From a virus (lineage: Duplodnaviria > Heunggongvirae > Uroviricota > Caudoviricetes > Thumleimavirales > Hafunaviridae), in IMG/VR virus record IMGVR_UViG_2974793816_000001, positions 12,760 through 76,759 of that record: DNA of 64,000 nt; one strand, 5' to 3'. A program made the position numbers and the translations under genes. Shown here piece by piece: positions 18,105 through 26,960 of this stretch. The notes beneath the pieces were generated by a model. It had not been told where the DNA came from. It did no database searches and saw nothing but the letters and a program-made list of their open reading frames with translations. The stretch's first letter is position 1. Every line of letters begins with the position of its first letter.

Positions 18105-21032
18105 TTAGTCCATCATCTCCTTGAGTTCTACCAGCTCGATGAGGAGGTCTACGTAGATTGTCTCAAGGATTTCTTCCATCCGTGTTTCCTCGAACCCGAG
18201 AACAGAGAGGATTGTCTCATCAAGCGTCTTCTTCGGCTCGAATCCATCCCCAAGTTCATCCTCTGCTTCGGGGAAGTGACGCTCCAATGCCGCCGTCTGT
18301 TCGTCGGAAAGGTTATCGGGGTTGACGTTACTCGCCATTTGCTTGACGAGACTCGGAGCCTCCACGTCGTGAACGTCCTCGAAGCAATCCATTAGTAGCT
18401 CCTTGTCCTCGTCGGAGAGCCGGTTCGGGTGGATTGTGTAGAACCGATTTTGCGTGTATTTCCGGTACTTCGTCCAGCCTCCACGACCGGGGACTCGGGT
18501 GAGAAGCATCTGAAGGAGTCCGAATGATGAATCAAACCAGAGTGAGAGAACCTTCGACTCGGCTTCGTTGAGGTCTGAGTGCATCCACATCCGGTGAGAC
18601 ACCCGTGGCTTGCTGGTGAAGTAGACGATGTGGGACGTACCGGGAGCTGTCAAGTCCACCGTCTCTGGAATTGAGGTGTGGGCGGCATTATCGACGATGT
18701 GGGACTCCCACCCATCAGGAATCCCATCTTCTTCTGACAGCGAGAGGAACCTATCGAGTTCATCAAACTCACGGACGACGGTGTGTTCTTCGAGGTCTGT
18801 AATATCGAGCTTCTGTCGGTATGGCTTCCGTAGGAAGTATGGCTCAACTGCATCCCGAGGAACAGTTACCGTCTCTCCTACGTGACGGTGTTTAACCTCC
18901 AACTTGTCCTCGTTCGCTGATTTTACCTGCCATACGTCGCTTTTCCGAAGGTTAGTGTCGGGCGCACCGATACATCCGCCCGTCCACGGGTGACTACTCC
19001 CACCGCGAGTGAGGCCAGCATCGAGGTGCTGTATCTGCGTGAGGTTATCCTCCTGTTCGAGAATATCACCCCATAGCTGGAACAGGGAGTGGTTCTGGAC
19101 TGCGAATGGAGAGAACAAATTGTGAGTGTCCATCTGCTCCCTCGGAACCCGCCAAACCGTAGCGGTGGATGACCCATCCTCGATGGTTTCGACCTCTCCG
19201 GCTTTCTCGTCTTTAAGTTGTTCAGAGACGTTCCGAATCAGGGAGCTATCTACATCTAATCCATCAAGGGAAACGTAGGTCGTGCTTGCATCCTCGGTGT
19301 TCCCCTTCCGGGCGATTATCATTACTTCTCGAAGGTCAGTATCCTCGGAGAAGTTGGGATTGTCTTCTCGTGCGAAAATATACTCAATATCGTAGTCGTT
19401 GAGAAGCATCTCCCGAACGCCGCTGTCGGTGGATTTGTTGAGGACGGTAGCGGGAATGACAGCCGCTATGCGTCCTCCTTCATTGAGGAATTTGTCTGCG
19501 AGATAGAGGAAGTATGAGCAGTAACTCATCTTCCCGTGGATGTGACCCTTGTTGTCTCGTCGGGAGAATCGGTCACGGAGTCGGTCTTTGTATCCGTCAG
19601 CAAATCCTGCGACAGACTCTTGCCGAGTGAAAGGTGGATTCATTATGACGGTATCCATCGTCTTCAGCTCCATCTCCTGACCAATCGCGGCGTCCATTGC
19701 CACGCTACCGGCCTCAATCGCATCCTCGCTCACGTCCGGTTTTTGTCCTTCTGCGAACTCGGAAAGACCTCGTTGTTCGTCTTTTTGTGGTAGAACAAAC
19801 GAGAGAGGGCTGATAGTGCTTCCCGGTGCGAGCTTAGTAGAGTCCTCGATGCCGATATTCACTTCGTCAGTTTCGTATATGGGCGCTTGGAGAGCAAGAT
19901 GGATACAACTCAGGTGAGCCGCGAATGGCATCACGTCAATTCCCGTAATGTCGTCTTCTACGAACTGTTGGTGCATCTTCTCAGTAAATTCGCTATCCAC
20001 CAACGACCGCTTTCGATTGTACGCCGCCGCGAGAAGACTTCCGCTCCCACACGCGGGGTCAAGGACTTTAGCATCAGACGAGTCGATACTGAGGTCAGCG
20101 AGAATCTGTCCCGGCTTGTTCATCGTGTAGTAAGCCGCGACCCGCTTCCTCGCCTCGATGGGGATTAGCTCGTGGAAGACCTTTCCGAGTACGTCGTGCG
20201 TGATTGACTCGGGACGAAGGGCGTAGATAGACTTGATAGCATCAATCAGGATGGTGATGCTGGTTTGTGGCAAGTCCTCCGCAATCCTGAATGAGAATAC
20301 TGGGGTGTAGTCAACTTCGAGTACGAGGTCGAAGTATTCGCTAAGGTCTTTTGGTGAGCCGAGTTTGTCGGGGTCTATCTCGGGGAACTCTTGAGCTGAT
20401 GATAGGACACGGTAGAACGTGATTTGGTTTACGAGAAGGAACCCTGCGGTCTTCTTTGCGGCTTCTCGTTCTTCTTTCCCCTCCGGGGACGCGCCGAGGA
20501 CGTTACGGAACAGGTTTTCTTTTGGTGCGGTTTCCAGTTCCTCATTCAGACGGTACGCCGTCTGTCGAAGGACGGAAACAACCTCGTCCGGGTCGGGTTC
20601 TGGTTTCCGCTCGTTCTTGATGTGCGAATCAAGCCATCGAGGGATTTCGTCCAACGAGAGGCTAACAATATCGGTAGGGGAGTCCCGGCGGAGGAAAGCG
20701 CAGGAGAATTTGTGGCCGCTGAGAACGGACTCTGCTGTATCTGTGAGCCGCGCTTGACCGCCATCCTGTTTCAGTTTTTCCGGGTAGCAGATTAGGAATG
20801 TACCTTCTACCCCGGTGAGCTGGCCGTAGTCTCTCGCCTCTCCGAATCCTTCCCATTTCTTGTTCTCCCATTTCGCTTCACCCACGAAGGTCATTCCGTT
20901 GACCTTGATTTGGAAGTCGGGCTGAGAGCGGGTTCCGGGTGTCGAAATGGAAACCTGCGTAGCGGCATTTACCCCGTTGTCTCGGAGGTAATCTGCCATC
21001 AAGTCGGTTATCCCATCTTCCGTAGCAGACAT
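18105..21032 (-). CDS. Type IIG/IIL restriction-modification enzyme (MmeI-like; PD-ExK nuclease fused to gamma-class N6-adenine methyltransferase and target-recognition domain)
   Basis: 975 aa. N-terminal PD...EAK motif (QPDFQIKVNGMTFVGEAKWE). SAM-binding motif LDPACGSGSLL and catalytic VIMNPPF. About 450 aa of C-terminal target-recognition domain. TATA AATTTATAG about 28 nt upstream of the ATG. Confidence 0.65.
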   Translation of the reverse strand: MSATEDGITDLMADYLRDNGVNAATQVSISTPGTRSQPDFQIKVNGMTFVGEAKWENKKWEGFGEARDYGQLTGVEGTFLICYPEKLKQDGGQARLTDTAESVLSGHKFSCAFLRRDSPTDIVSLSLDEIPRWLDSHIKNERKPEPDPDEVVSVLRQTAYRLNEELETAPKENLFRNVLGASPEGKEEREAAKKTAGFLLVNQITFYRVLSSAQEFPEIDPDKLGSPKDLSEYFDLVLEVDYTPVFSFRIAEDLPQTSITILIDAIKSIYALRPESITHDVLGKVFHELIPIEARKRVAAYYTMNKPGQILADLSIDSSDAKVLDPACGSGSLLAAAYNRKRSLVDSEFTEKMHQQFVEDDITGIDVMPFAAHLSCIHLALQAPIYETDEVNIGIEDSTKLAPGSTISPLSFVLPQKDEQRGLSEFAEGQKPDVSEDAIEAGSVAMDAAIGQEMELKTMDTVIMNPPFTRQESVAGFADGYKDRLRDRFSRRDNKGHIHGKMSYCSYFLYLADKFLNEGGRIAAVIPATVLNKSTDSGVREMLLNDYDIEYIFAREDNPNFSEDTDLREVMIIARKGNTEDASTTYVSLDGLDVDSSLIRNVSEQLKDEKAGEVETIEDGSSTATVWRVPREQMDTHNLFSPFAVQNHSLFQLWGDILEQEDNLTQIQHLDAGLTRGGSSHPWTGGCIGAPDTNLRKSDVWQVKSANEDKLEVKHRHVGETVTVPRDAVEPYFLRKPYRQKLDITDLEEHTVVREFDELDRFLSLSEEDGIPDGWESHIVDNAAHTSIPETVDLTAPGTSHIVYFTSKPRVSHRMWMHSDLNEAESKVLSLWFDSSFGLLQMLLTRVPGRGGWTKYRKYTQNRFYTIHPNRLSDEDKELLMDCFEDVHDVEAPSLVKQMASNVNPDNLSDEQTAALERHFPEAEDELGDGFEPKKTLDETILSVLGFEETRMEEILETIYVDLLIELVELKEMMD

Positions 21033-21530
21033 TGGATACTTCGTGATTTGGAGGTCGGGACTATAAATTATGTCACAGAGACATACCGGAGTGAGAAATC
21101 ACCTCGATGCGTCTGTTCACGAAAAGATTTCTTCGTGAGAAACGTCGCCGTTGTGTTGACGCTCTTTCTCCCACTCGATTTCTCCTTCGACTTTCCCGAA
21201 GATTTCCGAGGCGATGGTGCGGTCTTCGTAGTCGCGGTCTGGATTGTCCTTGATTTGCTCCAACTCGTGTTCCAAAAACGCGAGGTGTTTTGGGGACAAT
21301 TGCATATAAAGAACCACACACCGGGGGGTTATAAAACGGGGGGTAGTGATTTGGACTTCATTTCCCATCACTCGGTTGTGGAAACGGGGTGGTACACGCA
21401 CGGCATACGGCCCTATACCCTCCTGTTTTTTATAAGTAGGATTGGTAGTAGAGTGTAGAGAAGCACGCAGAACGGGATGTTCCCGGCAAAGGTAGCCGCT
21501 TTCAGGGCCGAAGGCCTCCTCGGTAAAGCG

Positions 21531-21577
21531 CGTCCTTGGTAAGGACGAGACCGGGGGTTCAAATCCCCCCTCAGGCT
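21531..21577 (+). other. 3' fragment of tRNA-Thr(GGT) (anticodon arm + T arm + acceptor 3' strand); putative attP core
   Basis: CGTCC-TTGGTAA-GGACG anticodon arm, GGGGG-TTCAAAT-CCCCC T arm, CTCAGGC acceptor strand. No complementary 5' acceptor strand or D arm upstream. Adjacent to the integrase. Confidence 0.5.
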
Positions 21578-21760
21578 TTCAGCCTTCGTGGGGCTTCTCA
21601 CCCCATTTTGCGTGCTTCTTGGACACGTAACAATGCGAACCAAGAAAGCACTCTACCCACAAACGGCCACCCCCGCGCCGTCGTGCGATTCCGTGAATTG
21701 TCAGGACACTATAACGCTGAACCCCGCGCGAGCGCGTATCCTCGGAGTGGGGGTCGGACG

Positions 21761-22957
21761 ATGAACCGCAACGACCCACTCGACAGCGTGGAAATGAGCG
21801 CGGCATCCGAGAATATACCACCCGCGCCCGAACCCATCGAGTTTGGCTTCCCCCTCGTGAGCAAACGCTCGCGCGAAGACCTCGAACAGTTCGGCCTCAA
21901 CATGGTACAGGACTACCACGACTTCAAAGAGGAAGTCCTGACGTGGCTCGGCAACTACGGGAAGAACCCCGACAAGTACGAAGGGCTGGCCCCCACCACC
22001 CTTGAGAGTACCCACTACAAGCTCGAAACCGTCTTCCGCTGGTTATGGAAATACGAGGGCCAATACACCACCACCTTCACGCCCGAACACGCGGATAAAT
22101 TCATCTCGCTGTTGAATCAAGCCGACTCGATGATTGACAGCACCGTACTCCACCACGCCAAGGACATAAAGCGGTACTTCCGCTTCTGTAACCACGCACG
22201 CGGGAAGGAGTACGATTGGGAACTGGACGTAGAACTCAGTCAGTCCAACGGCGGAGACGAACGCGACTACCTCCGACGCGCCGCGTTCGAGCCGCTGTAT
22301 CAAGCCGCGCTTCACCACTCGTCGGTCAAAAGCTACTACTCGTGTACCCCGGAGGAACGAGCAGAGCTGAAAACCTACGTCTCTCAGCGTCTCCAAGTCC
22401 CGAAAGAAAAAGTCGGGGCTGAGGAGTTCAAGAAAGCAAACTCGTGGAAGTATCCCTCGATGATAGCCGCGACTCTCGATACAGGGCTTCGACCCATCGA
22501 GGTGGGACGCGCCAAGGTGTCTTGGGTGAACCTCCAAGATAAAGAGCTGAACATCCCGAAGGACGAGTCCACGAAGAACGTCGGCCATTGGAACTGTGCG
22601 ATTCAGAAGCGCACGGCGAAGGCGCTCGAACGCTGGATAGACGAGCGCGACACGATGGAGAAGTACGACGGTCGGGACGAGCTATGGCTCACGCAGAAAG
22701 CCCGCCCCTACACCTCCGACTCGTGTAACGGCCTCCTTGACCGAATCATCAAGTCGGGGAACGTCCCAATTCCAGAACACCGGCAGGACGAAGTATCGTG
22801 GTACAGCATCCGTCACGGAGTCGCAACGTATTGGGCGAACCACGTCGGGCCTCACCACGCGAAAGAACAGCTCCGGCACAAGTCGGTGACGACGACGATG
22901 AAGTACCTCCACTCGGACTCCGACACCCGAGGGAGCGCGGTCGAACAAATCTGGTAA
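21761..22957 (+). CDS. int: tyrosine recombinase / phage integrase
   Basis: C-terminal region IRHGVATYWAN...LRHKSVTTTMKYLH gives the R...HxxR...Y catalytic signature. The ORF-track start at 21536 (TTG) would overlap the att fragment; the first ATG is near 21761. Confidence 0.75.
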   Translation: MNRNDPLDSVEMSAASENIPPAPEPIEFGFPLVSKRSREDLEQFGLNMVQDYHDFKEEVLTWLGNYGKNPDKYEGLAPTTLESTHYKLETVFRWLWKYEGQYTTTFTPEHADKFISLLNQADSMIDSTVLHHAKDIKRYFRFCNHARGKEYDWELDVELSQSNGGDERDYLRRAAFEPLYQAALHHSSVKSYYSCTPEERAELKTYVSQRLQVPKEKVGAEEFKKANSWKYPSMIAATLDTGLRPIEVGRAKVSWVNLQDKELNIPKDESTKNVGHWNCAIQKRTAKALERWIDERDTMEKYDGRDELWLTQKARPYTSDSCNGLLDRIIKSGNVPIPEHRQDEVSWYSIRHGVATYWANHVGPHHAKEQLRHKSVTTTMKYLHSDSDTRGSAVEQIW

Positions 22958-23425
22958 TCAGAGAGCTTCGACCGAGCGCACCCCGAGGTCGTTCAAGCGG
23001 TACTCCTTCTTTCGTCCATCCCCCTCGAAGGGGCGCTTCTCAACTACGTCACGCTCCGATAGCTCCCACAGAATTTGGCTCACGTCGTCGGGGTCTATAT
23101 CGCAGTCCTCACCAAGTGCGTCCTTGATTTGAGTCGTCGTATGCCAATCCTCTCCGTTGTGTTCGTACAGAAATTCAGCCATTTTCCGAGTACGCGACCC
23201 TTCCTCAAACGTAACGGTATCGGGTGGTTCCGTCTCACGCGATTCTATGTCTTCTCCGGTAATGTATTGAGTCAAATCAATCGGGGAGTCGGCCTCGATT
23301 GTGACTTTGATGTTTTCAACGGTATCGCTGAAACCAGTCTCCTCGATGAACTGGTTGAAGGCGTGGAGTCCCTGTTCACCGGACAGTTCTAATGTCATCA
23401 CACCATCTGGCTCCTCAGATGCCAT
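22958..23425 (-). CDS. winged-helix DNA-binding regulator (possible excisionase/repressor)
   Basis: C-terminal ...EYRLNDLGVRSVEAL winged-helix-like segment. Adjacent to the integrase. Likely start at internal Met (MASEEPDG). Confidence 0.4.
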   Translation of the reverse strand: MASEEPDGVMTLELSGEQGLHAFNQFIEETGFSDTVENIKVTIEADSPIDLTQYITGEDIESRETEPPDTVTFEEGSRTRKMAEFLYEHNGEDWHTTTQIKDALGEDCDIDPDDVSQILWELSERDVVEKRPFEGDGRKKEYRLNDLGVRSVEAL

Positions 23426-23466
23426 AACCTGATATTCTACTGGGGGGTGTGAAAAAGCCACGGCTA

Positions 23467-23506
23467 CAAAATAAAAAAAGACCCCCGACCACGGGGGGTC
23501 GGGGGT
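23467..23506 (-). terminator. intrinsic terminator downstream of RtcB (hairpin + T-run on the minus strand)
   Basis: Minus-strand reading CCACCCCCGACCCCCCGTGGTCGGGGGTC followed by TTTTTTTATTTTG. Confidence 0.6.
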
Positions 23507-23519
23507 GGCAAACACTACT

Positions 23520-24884
23520 CTACTTCTTGAAGTTCATCACGGGCTTCAGCCGGTCAACGACCCCGGCAGTTGGGGTAATGTGTTCCTCGATAAGCTCCAT
23601 TGGCTTGTACGCTTCCGGCACTTCGTCGCCCGGAACCCGAGCAGAGTACGTCCCGTTGTCGTACATCCGCTTTCGAGTCTCGTCGGCGTCGAACTCCGAC
23701 CGCGCCCATCCACGGGAACCGAGTCGGCCCGCGCCGTGGGGAGCCGAGTAGTTGAACTCGGGGTTTCCGCGACCCTGACAAAGCAGGGTTCCGTCCTCCA
23801 TGTTCATCGGGATGGTGAACAGCTCACCGTCCTGAGCGCGGGTGGAACCTTTCCGAATCACCATGTCCTCGAAGTCCACGTAGTTGTGCGGAGAGTTGAT
23901 GAACTTGGTAATCGACGCATCGAGGGTTTCGGCCACCTCCTGAACCATCAGCAGGCGATTGAAGCTCGCGTAAGTCTGAGCGAGCATCATATCGTAGTAG
24001 TACCCGTAGGCTTCGCGGCCTTCGAGGTAATCGAGGTCGTTGTTCCGGTTCGAGTCCGGGGAGTACGACTCAATCTCGGAGCCGATACGCTCGATTTCCT
24101 CGCCCTCGTTGTAGAGGCGAATCTTCTCCCAATCGGGGGAGCCGTCGCGGTTCGTGTAGTGCTTCAACCGCTCGCTCATCTCGCCCCACTTCACGTCGGC
24201 GTCACGGTGTTCGGTCGCCTTCTCCTGCCAGTACGCCGCGACCTTCTGACCGAGGTTGCGGGAGCCGGAGTGAACGACTACCCACAGGTCGCCGGTCAGC
24301 TCGGACTCAGCCAACTCGATGAAGTGATTACCAGAGCCGAGCGTCCCGAGCGAGCGGAGCGCGTACCGTCTTCCAGCTCCAACTCGGGTACACATCTTCT
24401 TGAAGTAGTCCGGGTTGAACATCCCCTCGTCGCGGCTCTCGTAGTCGAAGTCCATCGCGTCGTAGAAGTGGAGTAGCTTCTCGTTGGCCTTCCACCACGG
24501 GAACGACCACTCCAAGTCCACCTGCGGTTCTTTGTGAACGCGACCCGTCCCCATCGGAATCCGGTCGCGCACCTCCTTGTTCACCTCACGGAAGTCGTCT
24601 ATGTCGGAGGGGTAGTCGCAATCCAACACATCGAGGCGGGCCGCCGTCATGCCGCACCCAATGTCTCCCCCGACCGTCTTCGGAATCACACGGTCAGTCA
24701 ACGGCATCGAGAAACCGACGATACACGCGGGGCCGAGTCCCCCGTGACAATCCGGCATGAACTTCACCGGGTTCTGGAACGCCTCGTGGTCAACCATCTC
24801 CTGTATCTCGTCTCGGAGTCCGTCTTCCACTTCTTCTTCTGGTAGGTGTACCTCTGCTGTCGTACTGTCTCCTTCTACAATCAT
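23520..24884 (-). CDS. rtcB: RNA-splicing ligase RtcB
   Basis: 454 aa with conserved RtcB segments (GGDIGCGMT, HSGSRNLGQ, NSPHNYVDFED, HGAGR). Confidence 0.85.
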   Translation of the reverse strand: MIVEGDSTTAEVHLPEEEVEDGLRDEIQEMVDHEAFQNPVKFMPDCHGGLGPACIVGFSMPLTDRVIPKTVGGDIGCGMTAARLDVLDCDYPSDIDDFREVNKEVRDRIPMGTGRVHKEPQVDLEWSFPWWKANEKLLHFYDAMDFDYESRDEGMFNPDYFKKMCTRVGAGRRYALRSLGTLGSGNHFIELAESELTGDLWVVVHSGSRNLGQKVAAYWQEKATEHRDADVKWGEMSERLKHYTNRDGSPDWEKIRLYNEGEEIERIGSEIESYSPDSNRNNDLDYLEGREAYGYYYDMMLAQTYASFNRLLMVQEVAETLDASITKFINSPHNYVDFEDMVIRKGSTRAQDGELFTIPMNMEDGTLLCQGRGNPEFNYSAPHGAGRLGSRGWARSEFDADETRKRMYDNGTYSARVPGDEVPEAYKPMELIEEHITPTAGVVDRLKPVMNFKK

Positions 24885-24946
24885 TAGGTTCTGTTTAGAT
24901 AGAGTGTATAACTCTGAGTGTTCTACTACGGTACTGTCTTAGTTGA

Positions 24947-25013
24947 GTGAACAACCTCGATGTGGTAAAACTCAAAGTAGGTAACTATCAGTAGGTAACT
25001 ACTAAGAGTATAT
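24947..25013 (+). promoter_or_regulatory. family-2 element (GAACAACCTCGATGTGGTAAA box + GTAGGTAACTA x2 direct repeats)
   Basis: Near-identical box to the element at 15551. Lies upstream of RtcB but in the opposite orientation. Confidence 0.35.
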
Positions 25014-25099
25014 GTCTAAGATAGATATTTCGCCCGCGTTATGCGCTCGCGCGAGCTTATTCGGATGTTTCGTCGTATAGTACCGATACGGTACTATAT

Positions 25100-25128
25100 G
25101 ACTTAAAGATGTTGATTTAAGTCTTTAA
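25100..25128 (+). promoter_or_regulatory. partial family-1 element (GACTTAAAGAT...TTAAGTCTTTAAT)
   Basis: Shares the palindromic TATA core but lacks the CTCACTCTAATAGACG arm. Confidence 0.3.
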
Positions 25129-25131
25129 TGT

Positions 25132-25344
25132 CTACTGAGGTGGCTCCAAAAACCGGAGAGGAACCGACCAGTTGCCGCTCATCATCCACACGAAGAACCA
25201 CGGATAGACGAACATCGTCGCCAGCATATTCAGAAGCGAAGCCACCAACACTCCGTAGAACGCGACCTCCAAGAACAGGAGCAAGAACGCCTGAGTCGCA
25301 AATCCAAGGTAGAACGAATAGAAGTAGGCTTTCTTGGATTTCAT
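25132..25344 (-). CDS. small membrane protein
   Basis: 70 aa with two hydrophobic helices. Confidence 0.35.
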   Translation of the reverse strand: MKSKKAYFYSFYLGFATQAFLLLFLEVAFYGVLVASLLNMLATMFVYPWFFVWMMSGNWSVPLRFLEPPQ

Positions 25345-25598
25345 CTATTCCCGAAGTTCGTCTCGCTGATGGGAACGCAGGAGAGGCCACCGCCGTCGTA
25401 AGCAACAGAAGCGTAGCACACGACGCCAGCCTCTCGGTCGATGAATCGGTCAACGGACTTCTGGTTGTCCTCGTAGACCTCCGTGGCGTCAGAAGCATCC
25501 GCCTTAATCGGTGACTCCTCGGGCTGTTCAGCAACACAACCAGCGAGAGCAATAGTCGATACAACCGCGAGAGCAAGTAGAATCTTTCTCCAGTTCAT
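25341..25598 (-). CDS. putative lipoprotein
   Basis: Signal peptide plus LAGC lipobox (MNWRKILLALAVVSTIALAGC). Confidence 0.4.
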   Translation of the reverse strand: MNWRKILLALAVVSTIALAGCVAEQPEESPIKADASDATEVYEDNQKSVDRFIDREAGVVCYASVAYDGGGLSCVPISETNFGNR

Positions 25599-25730
25599 TT
25601 TTTGATTGGTCTTGTGTGGTAGTTCACGCCGTGGTAGCCGGTCGTCGGAACGTCCTTCTCAATCATCTCGATGAGAGGCCACGGAAGCTCGTACCGACCG
25701 AATAGGTAGCCGCAGACGTTTCCGTTGTGG

Positions 25731-25991
25731 TCAGTTATCGCTTGAACCTTCGCGTCGTCGGGAATGGTAGGTGTCGTCATTCACTTCGATGATGTTGATT
25801 CCCACGTCAACCGTGGGGGGCCAGTTGAAGTCCTCGTCGTTCTTCAACCGGATGTAGTGGGCTACGTCCCCACTTTTCGTCCAGTAGAAGTCCGTCACGT
25901 CGTAGTGATAGGACTGGTCTTGGAACAGCGGAGGAAACTCGAAGTCGGAGTCTCCGGGTTCGGTAACAACCTCGATGAGTCCGTTCGTCAC
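25731..25991 (-). CDS. hypothetical protein
   Basis: 86-aa ORF in the minus-strand operon. Confidence 0.3.
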   Translation of the reverse strand: MTNGLIEVVTEPGDSDFEFPPLFQDQSYHYDVTDFYWTKSGDVAHYIRLKNDEDFNWPPTVDVGINIIEVNDDTYHSRRREGSSDN

Positions 25992-26416
25992 GGCTCAATC
26001 ACGGCCCGAGCAAGCCACTCCTTCGCCGTCTCCACCGGGTCAGAGTGTTGCCGATACTCCGACTCGGAGATACTGAACCGGATTTTCGAGATGGGGTCGT
26101 GAGCATCGTAGGACTTCAAGTTAGCCAAGCTCATCGAGTCAACTTCACACCGTTCGAGAATATCCCGGCGGGCTTCTTTCTCCACCTCGTTCCGAATCCG
26201 ATACAGCTCGTGGAACGTCTCCGGGGAGAAGGCTTCGTCGGGAAGCTCCTGAAGGAGCGCGTTCAGGTGGCGAGCCAACCGAACATCCCGAGAGGGTTCG
26301 ACCTCGGGAACGAAGTGCTTGAGTTCCCCAATATCGCCTGCGACTCCGTTCTTGATGGGTTCCTCTCCGAGCTTCGTCTGTTCCAGAAGCTCGTGGACTT
26401 GTTCAAGCCGATTCAT
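25988..26416 (-). CDS. hypothetical protein
   Basis: 142-aa ORF overlapping neighbours by 4 nt. Confidence 0.35.
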   Translation of the reverse strand: MNRLEQVHELLEQTKLGEEPIKNGVAGDIGELKHFVPEVEPSRDVRLARHLNALLQELPDEAFSPETFHELYRIRNEVEKEARRDILERCEVDSMSLANLKSYDAHDPISKIRFSISESEYRQHSDPVETAKEWLARAVIEP

Positions 26417-26960
26417 CGAAGTCCTCGTAGAGACGCGAAGCGGTCGGCCCGGTCTGGTCGTTGTATTTGTTCCCGTTTTCCTCCGAGTAAGCCACGTCCG
26501 GTGTGGTCTTCATGTCGTGTAGTGCGAGCTGGCAAATCCGCATCGACTCTCGTAGCTTGATGGGATACGAAGCCGCGTTGAACAGTTCGAGCGTCACCTG
26601 CCCCCGGAAACCGGGGTCGATGAAGCCCGCGTTGTGGATGAACAGGCCGAGTCGCCCGACTGAGCTACGTCCGTGGAGGATACCCACCTTGTCGTCGGGG
26701 ATGGTGATGTTCTCCTCGGTGTGAGCCAGCGCGAACTTGCCGGGAGAGAGCGAAAGCTCGCTGGTTCTTTCGTAGTGAGCCGGGTAGCTGTCTCGGTCGT
26801 CCACCTCCACCACGCCGGTCGCGGATGGAATCTTCAGCTCGTCTCCGAGGTGCAAATCCATCGAGGCGGGTTCGACGGCGAGAGGCTTCCCACCGCCCCG
26901 AGTCGCCCCGAGGTCGCCACGGCTAATTGACCGCTGAATATCGTGCTGTGACAGAATCAT
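26403..26960 (-). CDS. dcd: dCTP deaminase
   Basis: MILSQHDIQ start and GFIDPGFRGQVTLELFN motif. The ORF-track start at 27023 overlaps thyX; Met at about 26960 gives an ATGA overlap instead. Confidence 0.75.
   Translation of the reverse strand: MILSQHDIQRSISRGDLGATRGGGKPLAVEPASMDLHLGDELKIPSATGVVEVDDRDSYPAHYERTSELSLSPGKFALAHTEENITIPDDKVGILHGRSSVGRLGLFIHNAGFIDPGFRGQVTLELFNAASYPIKLRESMRICQLALHDMKTTPDVAYSEENGNKYNDQTGPTASRLYEDFDESA

Noticed and set aside
21306-21440. G6-TTATAAAAC-G6 and TTTTTATAAG TATA-like boxes upstream of the att/integrase region
   Set aside because: Plausible promoters, but no start codon or transcript can be tied to them from sequence alone. The small minus ORF 21117-21305 has its TATA overlapping the ATG, so its start is doubtful.
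21536-21760. N-terminal 75-aa extension of the integrase ORF starting at TTG and overlapping the tRNA fragment
   Set aside because: The extension is Arg-rich and low-complexity, unlike the acidic proteome, and it requires a rare TTG start. The first ATG at about 21761 is the more likely start. The SSV-type split-int possibility is kept as a minor hypothesis in the findings.
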